Source: Terriglobia bacterium (GTDB lineage: Bacteria > Acidobacteriota > Polarisedimenticolia > Polarisedimenticolales > JAIQFR01). Taken from it: a stretch of DNA of 64,000 nucleotides. Shown one piece after another: positions 21,270-32,300 of the stretch (position 1 is its first letter; every line of letters begins with the position of its first letter). The notes beneath the pieces are model-generated. The model was not told the DNA's origin. It saw nothing but the letters and a program-made list of their open reading frames with translations, and did no database searches. A program made the position numbers and the translations under genes. The stretch covers positions 32,001 through 96,000 of the forward strand of contig CAVVHE010000008.1 of NCBI GenBank assembly GCA_963748015.1, written 5' to 3'.

Positions 21270-23661
21270 GTGGCGCGAGGAACGGCCGCGGCGGGCTGCC
21301 TGCACTGCGGCCTCCCCATTCCCGCGAACCGGCTAGCGCGGGGTGACGCGCACTGCTGCGACGGGTGCGCCCGCGTCCGCGCGCTCCTCCTCGGCGAGGG
21401 GCTCGACCGGTACTACGAGCTGCGGGGAGCGGCGGGGACGCCCCCGCCGGAGCTGCGCCCCGGGGGGCGGGCATGGCTCGAGGAGGCGCTTCCCCCGGCC
21501 GCTGCCCGGGGCGACCGGCCGGTCCGCCTGACGCTCGACGTGCAGGGGGTGCACTGCGCCGGCTGCGTCTGGCTCCTCCGCGAGCTGTTTCGCCGGCGGG
21601 AAGGGGCGATCGACGTGGTGATCAACCCCTCGCGGGGACAGGCGGACCTGGTCTTCGTTCCTTCTCGCCTCGACCTCTCGACGTACCTCGACGATGTAGA
21701 GCGATTCGGGTACCGGTTCGGCCCGCGCCGCCCTCGGGCCGTCCGGCCCGCTTCCGAGGGGCTCCTGGTCCGCCTCGCGGTGTGCGCCGCGGCGGCGGGC
21801 AACGTCATGCTGTTCAGCATCTCGTACTACTCGGGGCTCGGCGCGGGGGACGGAACTCTCTACGCCGTCTTCGGTTGGCTGAGCCTCGCGCTCACCACCG
21901 TCGCCGTCGCGGCGGGCGGATCGGTGTTCTTCCGCTCGGCGATCGCGGGACTCAGGGCCCGGGTGGCCCATCTCGATCTTCCGATCGCGCTCGGCATCGC
22001 TCTGGCGTTCGCGGGCTCGGTCCGCCTGCACTTCGCGCGCGGCCCCGAGCACGCGTACTACGACACGGTCGCCTCGTTCGTCACGCTCATGCTGGCGGGA
22101 CGGGTGCTTCAGGAGCGGGTCCTGGAGCGCAACCGGGCGAGCGTGCTGGCGTCCCCCGAGCTCGAGAGCCTGATCGTGCGCCGGGTGCGCGACGGGAGGA
22201 TCGAGCCGGTCCCGGCGTCCCGGATCGCCGCGGGGGACGAGCTCTGCGTCGTCGCGGGGGACCTCGTCCCGGTGGCGGGAGCGCTCCTCGAGGGGACCGG
22301 GACGGTGGCGCTCGACTGGATCACCGGCGAGCCCGGGACGTCCGAGGTCGCGGCGGGAGAGACCGTTCCCGCCGGAGCCTTCAACGCGGGCACGGCGCCG
22401 ATGCGCCTCGCCGCGCTCGAGGGGTTCGCCGAGTCCCGGCTGCACGATCTCCTTGCCTCTCCCGCTCCGCCGGCCCCCGGCCGCGGGCCCGGGGCAGCCT
22501 CCCTCTTCTGGCACCGCGCCGGCTCGGCCTGGGTCGCCGGGGTGATCCTCCTCGCCGCGGCGGGCTTCCTCTCCCGGCTCGGCGAGGGGATCGAGACCGC
22601 GGCGGCGATCGCGATCTCGATCCTGGTGGTCACCTGCCCGTGCGCGATCGGGCTCGCCGTCCCCCTCGGGCGCGAGCTGGCGTACGCGAGCCTCCGCCGG
22701 GAGGGCGTCTTCGTCCGCGACGCCACGTTCCTCGACCGCGCGCTCCGCGTCCGGCGCGTCCTCTTCGACAAGACGGGGACGCTCACGCTCGGGCGCTTGG
22801 CGCCGGACGCCGCGACGATCGAGGCGCTCCGCTCGCTCGGGGACGGCGACCGCGAGGTCCTGGCCGCGATGGCCTCCCGCAGCAATCATCCGGTGAGCCG
22901 TGCCGTCGCGGAGGCGCTCGATCGCCTCGGTCCCGCGGCCTCGGCGAACCCGCCCGCGGTGGAGCTCGTCGAGGCCCCGGGCCGCGGCCTCGAGGCTCGG
23001 GCCCTTGGGGCGTGCTTCAGGCTCGGGCGCCCGTCCTTCGCCGTAACGGATCCCCCGGCGGGGTCCGAGGGAGAGACCTGGCTCTCCCGCGACGACTCGC
23101 TCGTGGCAAGGCTCGCGTTCGGCGAGGAGATCCGGTCCGACGCGAGGGACGAAGTCTCGCGGCTCCGCGAGCGAGGGCTCGACGTGCGGATCCTGAGCGG
23201 CGACCGCCCGGCCCGGGTGCTCGCGGTGGCGGAGGCGCTCGGGCTGCCGGCGGACGCTTGCGAGGGCGGCCTCGAGCCCGAGGGAAAGGCCGGGCGGGTC
23301 GCCTCCCTCGACCGGCGCGACACGCTGATGGTCGGCGACGGCGTCAACGACGCGCCGGCGTTCGCCGCGGCGTTCTGCACGGCGACCCCCGCGGTGGACC
23401 GGCCGTCGATCCCCGCGCGCGCGGATTTCTATTTCCTGGGAGGCGGGATCGCGGCCGTGCGCCAGGCGCTCGAGACCGCCGCCCTCGCGGGGCGCGTGCA
23501 GTCCGCGAACCTGGTCTTCGCCGCGGTCTACAACGCCGGGGCGGTCGCCCTGTGCCTCGCGGGGGCGGTCGGCCCCCTCGTCGGCGGCGGTGCTCATGCC
23601 CGTCAGCTCCCTGGCGGTCGTCGGGCACACGGTCGCGCGCATGAGGAAACGGAGCCCGTAG
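21270..23661 (+). CDS. ccoI: Cu-transporting P1B-type ATPase CcoI/FixI (extra G at ~23583, probable sequencing error)
   Basis: CLHC/CCDGC N-terminus, HCAGC, CPC, DKTGT, GDGVND, YN. Correcting one base restores AAVLMPVSS...RSP* with TAG at 23659-23661. Confidence 0.9.
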
Positions 23662-23915
23662 TGGACGTCCTGATCGTCCTGGTCTTCGTGTGTCTGGTCC
23701 TGGTGACAGGGGCCGTGCTCCTGTTTATCATGCGCACCCGGGCGGGCGATCTCGACCACGGCGAGCGTCTTTCCCTGCTCCCGCTCGAGCCGGACGCGGG
23801 CGAAGGCGAAGGCGGTCGACGAGGCGGCGAGGGGCCCGGCCCATCGAGCGGCACGGGCGAAGCCCCGGCGCCCGGAGGCGCCGCGGGTGCGAGCCGCGAG
23901 GGAGGAGCCGAGTGA
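23661..23915 (+). CDS. ccoS: cbb3 oxidase assembly protein CcoS
   Basis: GTG overlapping the corrected ccoI stop; MDVLIVLVFVCLVLV...GDLDH...LLPLE, single TM. Confidence 0.8.
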   Translation: MDVLIVLVFVCLVLVTGAVLLFIMRTRAGDLDHGERLSLLPLEPDAGEGEGGRRGGEGPGPSSGTGEAPAPGGAAGASREGGAE

Positions 23916-26248
23916 GCGTGGCCGCACCCGCCGACGCGCGGACCCGCGAGGTCGTCTACGACGACGCGGTGGTTCGCCAGTTCGTGCTCGCGACCCTCCT
24001 CTGGAGCCTGGTCGCCTTCCTCGTCGGGCTCCTGGCCGCGGCGCAGCTCGCGCACTGGCAGGCGAACCTGGGGCAGAGCTGGCTCGCGTTCGGGAGGCTC
24101 CGGCCGCTCCACACGAACGCCGCGATCTTCGCGTTCGTCGGGAACATGATGTTCGCCGGGATCTACTACAGCACGCAGCGGCTGCTCAAGACCCGGATGG
24201 CCTCCGACGTCCTCTCGCGGGTGAACTTCTGGGGGTGGCAGCTCATCATCGTGCTGGCCGCGGTGACGCTCCCCCTGGGGCTGACCGAGGGGAAGGAGTA
24301 CGCCGAGCTGATCTGGCCCGTGGACGTCCTCGTGGCCGTGATCTGGGTGGTGTTCGCGGTCAACTTCTTCTGGACGGTCGCCGTCCGGAACGAGCGGAAC
24401 CTCTACGTCTCGCTCTGGTTCTACATCGCGACGATCGTCACGATCCCCGTTCTTTACATCGTCAACAACATGCAGGTCCCGACGGGGCTCCTGCACTCCT
24501 ACTCGGTGTACGCGGGGGTGCAGGACGCGCTCGTGCAGTGGTGGTACGGCCACAACGCGGTGGGATTCTTCCTGACGACGCCGATCCTCGGGATCATGTA
24601 CTACTTCGTCCCGAAGGCCGCGGACCGGCCCGTGTACTCCTACCGGCTCTCGGTCGTCCACTTCTGGGCGCTCGTGTTCGTGTACATCTGGGCGGGGCCC
24701 CACCACCTCCTGAACACGTCGCTCCCCGACTGGGTGCAGACGCTCGGGACCGTCTTCAGCATCATGCTGCTGGCCCCGTCGTGGGGCGGGATGGTCAACG
24801 GGCTCCTGACGCTTCGGGGCGCGTGGGACCGCCTCAGGACCGACCCCGTGCTCAAGTTCTACGCCGCGGCGATCACGTTCTACGGCATGTCCACGTTCGA
24901 GGGGCCGCTCCTCTCGATCAAGACGGTCAACGCGCTGGGGCACTACACCGATTGGATCATCGGCCACGTCCACGGCGGGGCGCTGGGCTGGAACGGCTTC
25001 ATGGCGGCGGGGATGCTCTACTGGATCGTGCCGCGGCTGTGGGGCACGAAGCTCCGCTCCACCCGCGCCGCGGAGGCCCATTTCTGGATCGGCACCTTCG
25101 GCATCCTGCTCTACATGGTCGCGATGTGGATCAACGGGATCAACCAGGGGCTCTTCTGGAGCGCCCTCGACGCCGACGGCTTCCTGAAGTATCCCGACTT
25201 CATCCAGGGGCTTCTCAACGCGTACACCCTCTACATCGCGCGGCTGATCGGCGGCCTCGCGTACTTCGCCGGCTTCGTCCTGATGGCCGTCAACCTCTGG
25301 CGGACGATCCGGTCCGGCTCCCCGACGACGGTCCGCGCGACGGTGGCCGTGCCCGAGCCCGAGGCCGGCCCGACGTTCTGGTCGCTGGTCAAGGGGGCGC
25401 CCGCGGTCCTGTCCGTGATCGTGGTCGTCCTCGCCGTGTGCCTCGGCCTCGCCGGCCCGGTCGTCACCCCGCTCGTCCTGACGGGAGGAGCGGCCGTCAC
25501 GGTCGCGGCGATCCTGGTCGCGGGGATGGAGCGCCGGCAGGCTGGGAGCTGGCACCGTCTCGTCGAGCGCGCGCCGATGACGTTCGCGTCGTTCGTGCTC
25601 GTCGCCATTCTCGTCGGCGGCCTGGTCGAGTTGATCCCGAGCATCGCGATTCGCCGGACGGTCCCGGCGCCCGGATCCAAGGAGGCGGCGTTCGTCGCGA
25701 AGCCGCTGAGCCCCCTCGAGCTCGAGGGGCGGGACCTCTACGTCCGAGAGGGGTGCTACAACTGCCACAGCCAGATGATCCGCCCGTTCCGCGCGGAAAC
25801 GCTGCGCTACGGGGAGTACACGCGCCTCGAGGAGTCGATCTACGACAGGCCCTTCCAGTTCGGCTCGAAGCGGACCGGGCCGGATCTCCAGCGCGAGGGA
25901 GGCAAGTACCCGAACCTGTGGCACTACCAGCACCTGATGGACCCGCGCTCGACGTCGCCGGGCTCGAACATGCCGTCCTACTCGTTCCTGAAGACCGCCC
26001 CCCTCGATCTCGAATCCGTGTCGAAGAAGCTATCCGTGATGCGGTCGCTCGGGGTCCCGTACACCGACCTCGACGTCCGGGGGGCCGCGACCCTCGCTCG
26101 GGCGCAAGCGGAGAGCATCCGCGCGGAGCTCGAGAAGGCGGGCGCGAAGATTCCCGCCGACACCGAGCTGATCGCGATGATCGCGTACCTGCAGCGCCTA
26201 GGGCGCGGGCCGCAGTTCTCCTCGCCGGGAGTGGCGGAGGCACGGTGA
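23912..26248 (+). CDS. ccoN: cbb3-type cytochrome c oxidase fused subunits I+II (CcoNO)
   Basis: RPLHTN, WWYGHNAVGF, WAGPHH, GHVH; C-terminal CcoO with CYNCH and SKRTGPDL; GGAGGAG RBS. Confidence 0.96.
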   Translation: MSVAAPADARTREVVYDDAVVRQFVLATLLWSLVAFLVGLLAAAQLAHWQANLGQSWLAFGRLRPLHTNAAIFAFVGNMMFAGIYYSTQRLLKTRMASDVLSRVNFWGWQLIIVLAAVTLPLGLTEGKEYAELIWPVDVLVAVIWVVFAVNFFWTVAVRNERNLYVSLWFYIATIVTIPVLYIVNNMQVPTGLLHSYSVYAGVQDALVQWWYGHNAVGFFLTTPILGIMYYFVPKAADRPVYSYRLSVVHFWALVFVYIWAGPHHLLNTSLPDWVQTLGTVFSIMLLAPSWGGMVNGLLTLRGAWDRLRTDPVLKFYAAAITFYGMSTFEGPLLSIKTVNALGHYTDWIIGHVHGGALGWNGFMAAGMLYWIVPRLWGTKLRSTRAAEAHFWIGTFGILLYMVAMWINGINQGLFWSALDADGFLKYPDFIQGLLNAYTLYIARLIGGLAYFAGFVLMAVNLWRTIRSGSPTTVRATVAVPEPEAGPTFWSLVKGAPAVLSVIVVVLAVCLGLAGPVVTPLVLTGGAAVTVAAILVAGMERRQAGSWHRLVERAPMTFASFVLVAILVGGLVELIPSIAIRRTVPAPGSKEAAFVAKPLSPLELEGRDLYVREGCYNCHSQMIRPFRAETLRYGEYTRLEESIYDRPFQFGSKRTGPDLQREGGKYPNLWHYQHLMDPRSTSPGSNMPSYSFLKTAPLDLESVSKKLSVMRSLGVPYTDLDVRGAATLARAQAESIRAELEKAGAKIPADTELIAMIAYLQRLGRGPQFSSPGVAEAR

Positions 26249-26463
26249 GCCTGTTCAGGGAGTTCGTGGCGGCGCAGGGCCTCCCGGGCCTCGGGGCCGC
26301 CGCGACCTGCTTCCTCTTTCTCGTCTTCCTCGCCGTCCTCGCGCACGCGCTCCTCGGACGCGACGCGGCGAAGCGCGCGGAGAAGCTCGCGCGGCTGGCC
26401 CTCGACGACGCAGGGGACGGGGAGCGCGAGGGAGCCCACGGGGGCGACGGGGGCACCCGATGA
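26245..26463 (+). CDS. ccoQ: cbb3 oxidase small subunit CcoQ
   Basis: GTGA overlap with ccoNO; single TM followed by ARLALDD; lies between ccoO and ccoP. Confidence 0.75.
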   Translation: MSLFREFVAAQGLPGLGAAATCFLFLVFLAVLAHALLGRDAAKRAEKLARLALDDAGDGEREGAHGGDGGTR

Positions 26464-27128
26464 AACGCGTCCGCGACGAGATGCTCGACCACGAGTTCGA
26501 CGGGATCCGTGAGTACGACAACCCGCCGCCGAACTGGATCATGTGGCTCCTCTGGGCCTCCATCGTGGTCGCGATCTTCTACTGGATGGGCTACCAGACG
26601 TTCGGCGTCGGGCGGCTCCCGACGCAGAAGTACGAGGACGAGATGGCGCGGGCGGCCGAGGCGCAGCTCGCCAGGATGGGAAAGCAGGAGGTGTCCGACA
26701 AGACCCTCCTGTTGATGGCGTCCGTTCCCTCCCGTATCGCGGAGGGCAGGAAGCTCTTCGAGCAGTTCTGCACCGTCTGCCACGGACCGAACGCGGAAGG
26801 ATCCGTCGGACCGAACCTGACCGACGCGTACTGGATCCATGGCGGGAAGCCGATGCAGATCCTCGGCACGGTGACGGCGGGAGTCCCGGACAAGGGGATG
26901 GTGGCGTGGGGCGGGCAGCTCGGTCCCGCGCGGGTCCAGACCGTGGTCGCGTACGTCTTGAGCGTCAAGGACTCGAACCGGCCGGGGAAGGCGCCCCAGG
27001 GGCAGCCCGAGCCGCCCGAGGCGCCCGGCGCCGCCCAGAAGGCGCAGGGCACGGCACCCGCGGCCGCTCCTGCCCCTGGGTCGAAGACCGCCGAGCCCGC
27101 CAAGCCCGCTCCCGTTCCCGGGGCCTGA
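26460..27128 (+). CDS. ccoP: cbb3 oxidase subunit III, monoheme CcoP
   Basis: HEFDGIREYDNPPPNW, CTVCH, GPNLTD, KGM. Confidence 0.93.
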   Translation: MKRVRDEMLDHEFDGIREYDNPPPNWIMWLLWASIVVAIFYWMGYQTFGVGRLPTQKYEDEMARAAEAQLARMGKQEVSDKTLLLMASVPSRIAEGRKLFEQFCTVCHGPNAEGSVGPNLTDAYWIHGGKPMQILGTVTAGVPDKGMVAWGGQLGPARVQTVVAYVLSVKDSNRPGKAPQGQPEPPEAPGAAQKAQGTAPAAAPAPGSKTAEPAKPAPVPGA

Positions 27129-27129
27129 C

Positions 27130-28536
27130 GTGGCCGAGCCGGGTGGGGCGAGGCGTCAGGCGGCCCGGCGGCTGCCCGACCTCGAGACGCCGTTCACCAT
27201 CAACGAGGACGGCTCGAGGAACTTCCTCCACCCGGCCGACGTCCGCGGCCGCTGGCAGCGGGTCAAGAACCTCGTCTTCGCGGCTCTGATCGTCGTGTAC
27301 CTCGCGCTCCCCTGGATCGAGATCGGCGGCCGCCCCGCCGTCCTGCTGGACATCCCCGGCCGGCGCGCGTTCTTCTTCGGCGCGACCTTCACGAACGAGG
27401 ACGTGGTGCTCCTCTTCTTCGTGATCTCGGGGATCGGCTTCGGGCTCATCCTGCTGACGTCGCTCCTCGGCCGGGTCTGGTGCGGCTTCGGCTGCCCGCA
27501 GACCGTGTACCTCGAGGGGGTGTTCCGGAAGATCGAGCGCTGGATCGAGGGGCCGAGAGAGACGAGGATCCGGCGCAATCTCGGGCCGCCCACCCTCGAC
27601 AAGGCCTGGCGCAAGGCCGCGAAGCACGCCGCGTTCGTCGCGCTGTGCCTGGGGATGTCGCACGCCTTCCTCGCCTACTTCATCCCCGCGCGCGACCTCG
27701 CAGCACTCGTCCGGTCGAGCCCGTCGGGGCACGGCACGGCGTTTCTCTGGGGGTGGGTCACGGCGGCGGTCCTGTATCTCGATTTCGCGTGGTTCCGGGA
27801 GCAGACGTGTCTCGTCGTCTGCCCGTACGGCCGCCTCCAGTCCACACTCGTGGACGACTCCACGATCGTCATCGGGTACGACGCCCGGAGAGGGGAGCCG
27901 CGGTCGTCCGGGGAGGACAAGGGAGGCGACTGCATCGACTGCCGAAGGTGCGTCGCCGTTTGCCCCACGGGCATCGACATCCGGAACGGGCTTCAGCTCG
28001 AGTGCGTCGGCTGCGCCAACTGCATCGACGCCTGCGACGCCATCATGGAGCGGATCGGGAAGCCGCGCGGGCTCGTGAGGTTCGACTCGCAGCGCGGGCT
28101 CGAGGGGGGCGCGCGGCGCTTCCTGCGCCCGCGCGTGTGGCTCTACGCGGTCCTCGGCCTCGTCGGGCTCGCGGTCTTCACGGCGGCGGTCGCGCGGCGG
28201 GAGCCGTTCGAGGCCCGTGTCCTGAGGACCCGCGGCATGCCGTACGTCCTCGAGGAGCGCGCGATCCGGAACCTCTTCAACGTGAGGATCCAGAACAAGG
28301 AGGCGGAGCCTCGCGCGTACCGGCTCGCGTTCGTTCCGGAGGCTGGAAAGCCGGTCCCCGAAATCTTGATCGCCGAGTCCGAGGTGACGCTCCCGCCCTT
28401 CGGCGACGCGACCGTTCCCGTGTTCGTGACCTTTCCCAGGGAGAGCTACTCGGAACCGTTTCCCCTGCGCTTCGCGGTGCGGGACGAGCGCTCGGGGCGC
28501 GCGATCGAGGTCGAGGCGACCTTCCTCGGCCCCTGA
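27130..28536 (+). CDS. ccoG: cbb3 accessory Fe-S protein CcoG/FixG
   Basis: CGFGCPQT, CPYGR, CIDCRRCVAVCP, CVGCANCIDAC, Ig-like C-terminus. Confidence 0.95.
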   Translation: MAEPGGARRQAARRLPDLETPFTINEDGSRNFLHPADVRGRWQRVKNLVFAALIVVYLALPWIEIGGRPAVLLDIPGRRAFFFGATFTNEDVVLLFFVISGIGFGLILLTSLLGRVWCGFGCPQTVYLEGVFRKIERWIEGPRETRIRRNLGPPTLDKAWRKAAKHAAFVALCLGMSHAFLAYFIPARDLAALVRSSPSGHGTAFLWGWVTAAVLYLDFAWFREQTCLVVCPYGRLQSTLVDDSTIVIGYDARRGEPRSSGEDKGGDCIDCRRCVAVCPTGIDIRNGLQLECVGCANCIDACDAIMERIGKPRGLVRFDSQRGLEGGARRFLRPRVWLYAVLGLVGLAVFTAAVARREPFEARVLRTRGMPYVLEERAIRNLFNVRIQNKEAEPRAYRLAFVPEAGKPVPEILIAESEVTLPPFGDATVPVFVTFPRESYSEPFPLRFAVRDERSGRAIEVEATFLGP

Positions 28537-28579
28537 CGATCCTCGGTCCCCGGGGACGATGAGAAAGGAGGTCTCCGAG

Positions 28580-28951
28580 ATGACCGGTCGAACGATTTCA
28601 CGGCGCATCTCGCTCGCCGCGTTTCTGATCGCGGCGCTTTCCTGCTCGACGGGAGGCGACTCCCTCTCGTTTTCCCCCGACGCCCTTCCGACGGTCCGCG
28701 TCGGCGTCCCGTTCACCGTGACGATCGCGGTGCACAACAACGACCAGTCGATCGGCGCCATCTCCGTCGTATCCGGGGCGCTGCCTCGGGGCGTCAACCT
28801 TCGATATGCCAGCCCCCAGAGCACGGCGACGCTAGAAGGGACTCCGGAGGAAGCGGGCACCTTCGCGTTCACCCTCGCCGCGTACTCCTATGGCGTCGGC
28901 GGCCCGTTCCAGCAGGGGAAGAAGGACTACCGTCTCGAGGTTCAGCCGTAG
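28580..28951 (+). CDS. Small lipoprotein with putative Ig-like domain
   Basis: AAAGGAGG RBS; lipobox ALS-C; GALPRG...LEGTP..AGTFAFT pattern. Confidence 0.7.
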   Translation: MTGRTISRRISLAAFLIAALSCSTGGDSLSFSPDALPTVRVGVPFTVTIAVHNNDQSIGAISVVSGALPRGVNLRYASPQSTATLEGTPEEAGTFAFTLAAYSYGVGGPFQQGKKDYRLEVQP

Positions 28952-29318
28952 CGTGCGTTCCCACGGCGAGCTCATCGCATTCCTCGGCGGCGAGGAAACG
29001 AAGCGGTGACGCCGAGCGCACGTCGCAACCAATAGGGGGTGCAGCGTCCCGGCCGCCACGGGCGCGATTCTCGACGCCGGCGCCGACGGCTTCACGATGA
29101 CGAGCCGGTCGGAGTTGTGGCCTCTTCCGGAGGAGGTTGTCTTCGCCGGCCGGTACGAGGTGGCGTGACTCGGACGTCCGGCACGATCCGAAGTCCCATG
29201 GCTGGGGCCCGAATACGTTTTCGTGCTCATCTCCGCCGTTGACGTGCGCTCGCGTCGTGGGCGGCGGCATATATTGATCACCATGGCCGCGCCCCGCTCG
29301 CGCGGCGAGGTGATCGAC

Positions 29319-32300
29319 GTGCGCAACCGGATCCTACCGATCGTCCTTCGGGGGCTGGCGCTGCTGATCTGGCTCACCGCCGCTTACCCGAGTGCCGGAG
29401 CGACCGCGCCCGAACCCCCCATCGAGCTCGACATGGCGAGGGGAACTTTCCGTCCGCTCGAGGACGGGACCGGCGCGCCGCCAACCTGGTTCAAGGCCGC
29501 GGAGATACGGACCAGCGCGGCCCGGTGGCGCTACGTGGTTGCCATCGCTCGCGCTCCGCTGAGTGCCGGCGAGAGGCAACAGCTCGAGGCTGCGGGCGTT
29601 GAGCTGATCGGCTACATCCCGCGAAATGGATACCGGATCCGTCTGGCCCCGGAGGCGGAGAGCGCAGTGCGCCGCCTGCCCTTCATTGCGTGGCTCGGCG
29701 AGGTTCCTGCTCACTTCAAGCTCGAGCGCGGACTCGCCGCGCGGGCGGAAACCCCCGCGGCCGCCACGGCCGTTCGCGTCGTGCTCGCCGCCGGAGAGCC
29801 CGAGGGGCGCGTCATGGCGGCCATCGCCGGTCTCGACTCGACTGCCGCCCCATCGGGTTTCGGCGGGGCGTGGCGAATCCATGTGGCGGTGCCCGGCGGC
29901 CGGTTCGCGGGGCTTCTATCCTCTCTCGCGTACCTTCCGGAGGTCGAGGCGATCGAGTCGGCAAAGCCCGTTCGGGCCTTCAACCAGGACGCCGTCTGGG
30001 TCCACCAGTCCTTCGTCGGCCCGTCACCGCAGCAGACCCCGGTCTTCGACCACGGCATCTTCGGCTGCGGCCAGATACTTGCCATTGCAGACACCGCGCA
30101 GGATTACGACGCCTGCTACTTCCGCGACACGGTCAACGGTCCTCCACCGGTCGCCACGTGCAGCTTGCCGCCCTGCCCGCCCGCCGCCCCGGCGCCGAGT
30201 CGCCGGAAGGACATCCTCTACTACGACTGGTCGGGCGGCCCCACGGGCGAAGCGGATACGTGTCCCGCCACGATCACGGGGACCTCCGGGCACGGCACGC
30301 ACACCTCGGGAACGCTCGCCGGGGACAACTCCCCGTATGCCGACTGCTCGAGTTTTTCCACGCCCAACCGGAGCGGCGGCGACGGCCTCGCCCCCGGCGC
30401 GAAGCTCGTCATCGAGGAGCTCGGCGACGGCTTCGAGTACCTGAACAACCTCGGCGGGACGCTGTGGAACCTCGCCGACGTCGCGTTCCAGAGCGGGGCG
30501 CGGATCCACTCGAACTCGTGGGGTGGGGCCTGCTACGACGTCTTCGGAACTTGCACGCCGGGCTGCACCATGCCCTACGACTCCTACGCGCGCGACGCCG
30601 ATCTCGCGATGTGGACCCACCCCGACCTGCTGATCGTCACCGCCGCCGGAAACGGCGGCCTATACTGCCCGCCGCCGATCTCCATCGGCACGCCCGCCAA
30701 CGCGAAGAACCCGATCTCGGTCGGCTCGGTCGGCCACGGGGCCTCCGCCTCGATACCTTCGGGGTTCTCGAGCCCGGGTCCGGTCGAGGACGGGCGGCTG
30801 GCGCCGACGCTCGCGGCGCAGGGCGAGTTCACCGTCTCGGCGGCGTCGGATGCGAGCCTGGCCACGAACAACTGCGCGAGCTGCTCCCTCGACGGTACGT
30901 CGATGTCCGCCCCTACCGTAGCGGGCCTCGCGGCACTCGTGCGGGAGTACTACACGTCCGGGTTCTATCCGGGAGGCGCTCGCAACCCGGCGCAGGGCTT
31001 CGTGCCGAGCGCCGCACTGATCAAGGCGACGCTGGTGGACGGCGCGGTTCCGCTCGGCCCGGAAGCGCCGTACCCGGACTTCACGTCCGGCTACGGCCGC
31101 GTGCAGCTCGACCGGACGCTCTCCTTCGCGGGCGGCGCGTTCCGCCTGCGGGTGGACGACCGCCGCGAGGGGATCGGGACGGGGGGCGTGGTGACGCACG
31201 CCTACGACGTCTCGGCCGGAACGCCGCTGCGAGCGACGCTCGCCTTCACCGATTATCCCGCGGCGATCAACGCCGCGGTTGCGCGGGTCAACGAGCTCGA
31301 GCTCGAGGTCGTCGATCCCGCCGGCAACGTCTGGTTCCAGACGCTCGATCCGGCGAACGGGCTTCCGGTTCCCAGCTCGAACCCCTCGAACCCTCACGAC
31401 TCGCGCAACGTCGTCGAGCGGCTGGTGTTCGAGCACCCCGCCGCCGGCCGGTGGGTCGTGCGGGTCCGTGGCGTGGCGGTTCCTTGGGGGCCCCAGCCGT
31501 TCGCGCTCGTCGTGCGCGGTGATCTTGCGGATTGCGCGTCCCCCGCAGCTCCACCTGCGCCGACCCTCGCGACCCCCGCCGACCGAGAGGTGCTCGTCTC
31601 CTGGTCGCCCGTCTCGGGGGCCGCCGCGTACAACGTCTATCGAACCTTGGGCGCGTGCCCGGGCGGTCCATTCGTGTCGGTCGCGAGTGCGGTGACGGGA
31701 ACGTCGTTCCTGGACACCACGGTCTCGGGGGGGGTGACCTACGCCTACGTCGTCGTAGCCGCCTCGGACGCCTCGGGCTACTGCGAGTCGGCGCGGTCGC
31801 CGTGCGCGTCGGTCGTGCCGACGGGGGATTGCTCGCTTGCCCCGTCGTTCGCCGGCGTCAAGGCCGCGGGGAGCGCCGGCTCGTCGAACTGCGCCGTGAA
31901 CCTCGCGTGGAATCCCGCGATACCGTACTGTCCCGGCGACGTTCGCTACAACGTCTATCGCGGGACCACGAGCGGTTTCGTGCCGGGCTCCTCGAACCGA
32001 ATCGCCCGCTGCCTCGTCGGGACCTCCTTCACGGACGCGGTGGACCTCGTGCCCGGCGCGGCGAAATGGTACGTGGTCCGCGCCGAGGACGCCTCGAGCG
32101 GACACGGCGGGCCCTGCCGCGGCGGGAACGAGGAGACGAACCTGGCGTCGCTCGCGGCCGTGCCCGACGGGCCGTCGGCGATCGGGACCTGGACCGACGA
32201 CGCGGGCGACACGGGTACCGCCAAACTGTCGGCGGTGTCACCCTGGATCGCTGCCCCGACCGGCGGCAACGCGGGACCGGGGGTGTACACCGCTTCCAGC

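Noticed and set aside
21270..23915. CcoI-CcoS fusion
   Set aside because: One extra G near 23583. Correction restores the P1B-ATPase MPxSS helix and a stop overlapping the ccoS GTG.
28952..29318. Short ORFs or gene relic upstream of the subtilase
   Set aside because: No motif, RBS or coherent frame that I can support.
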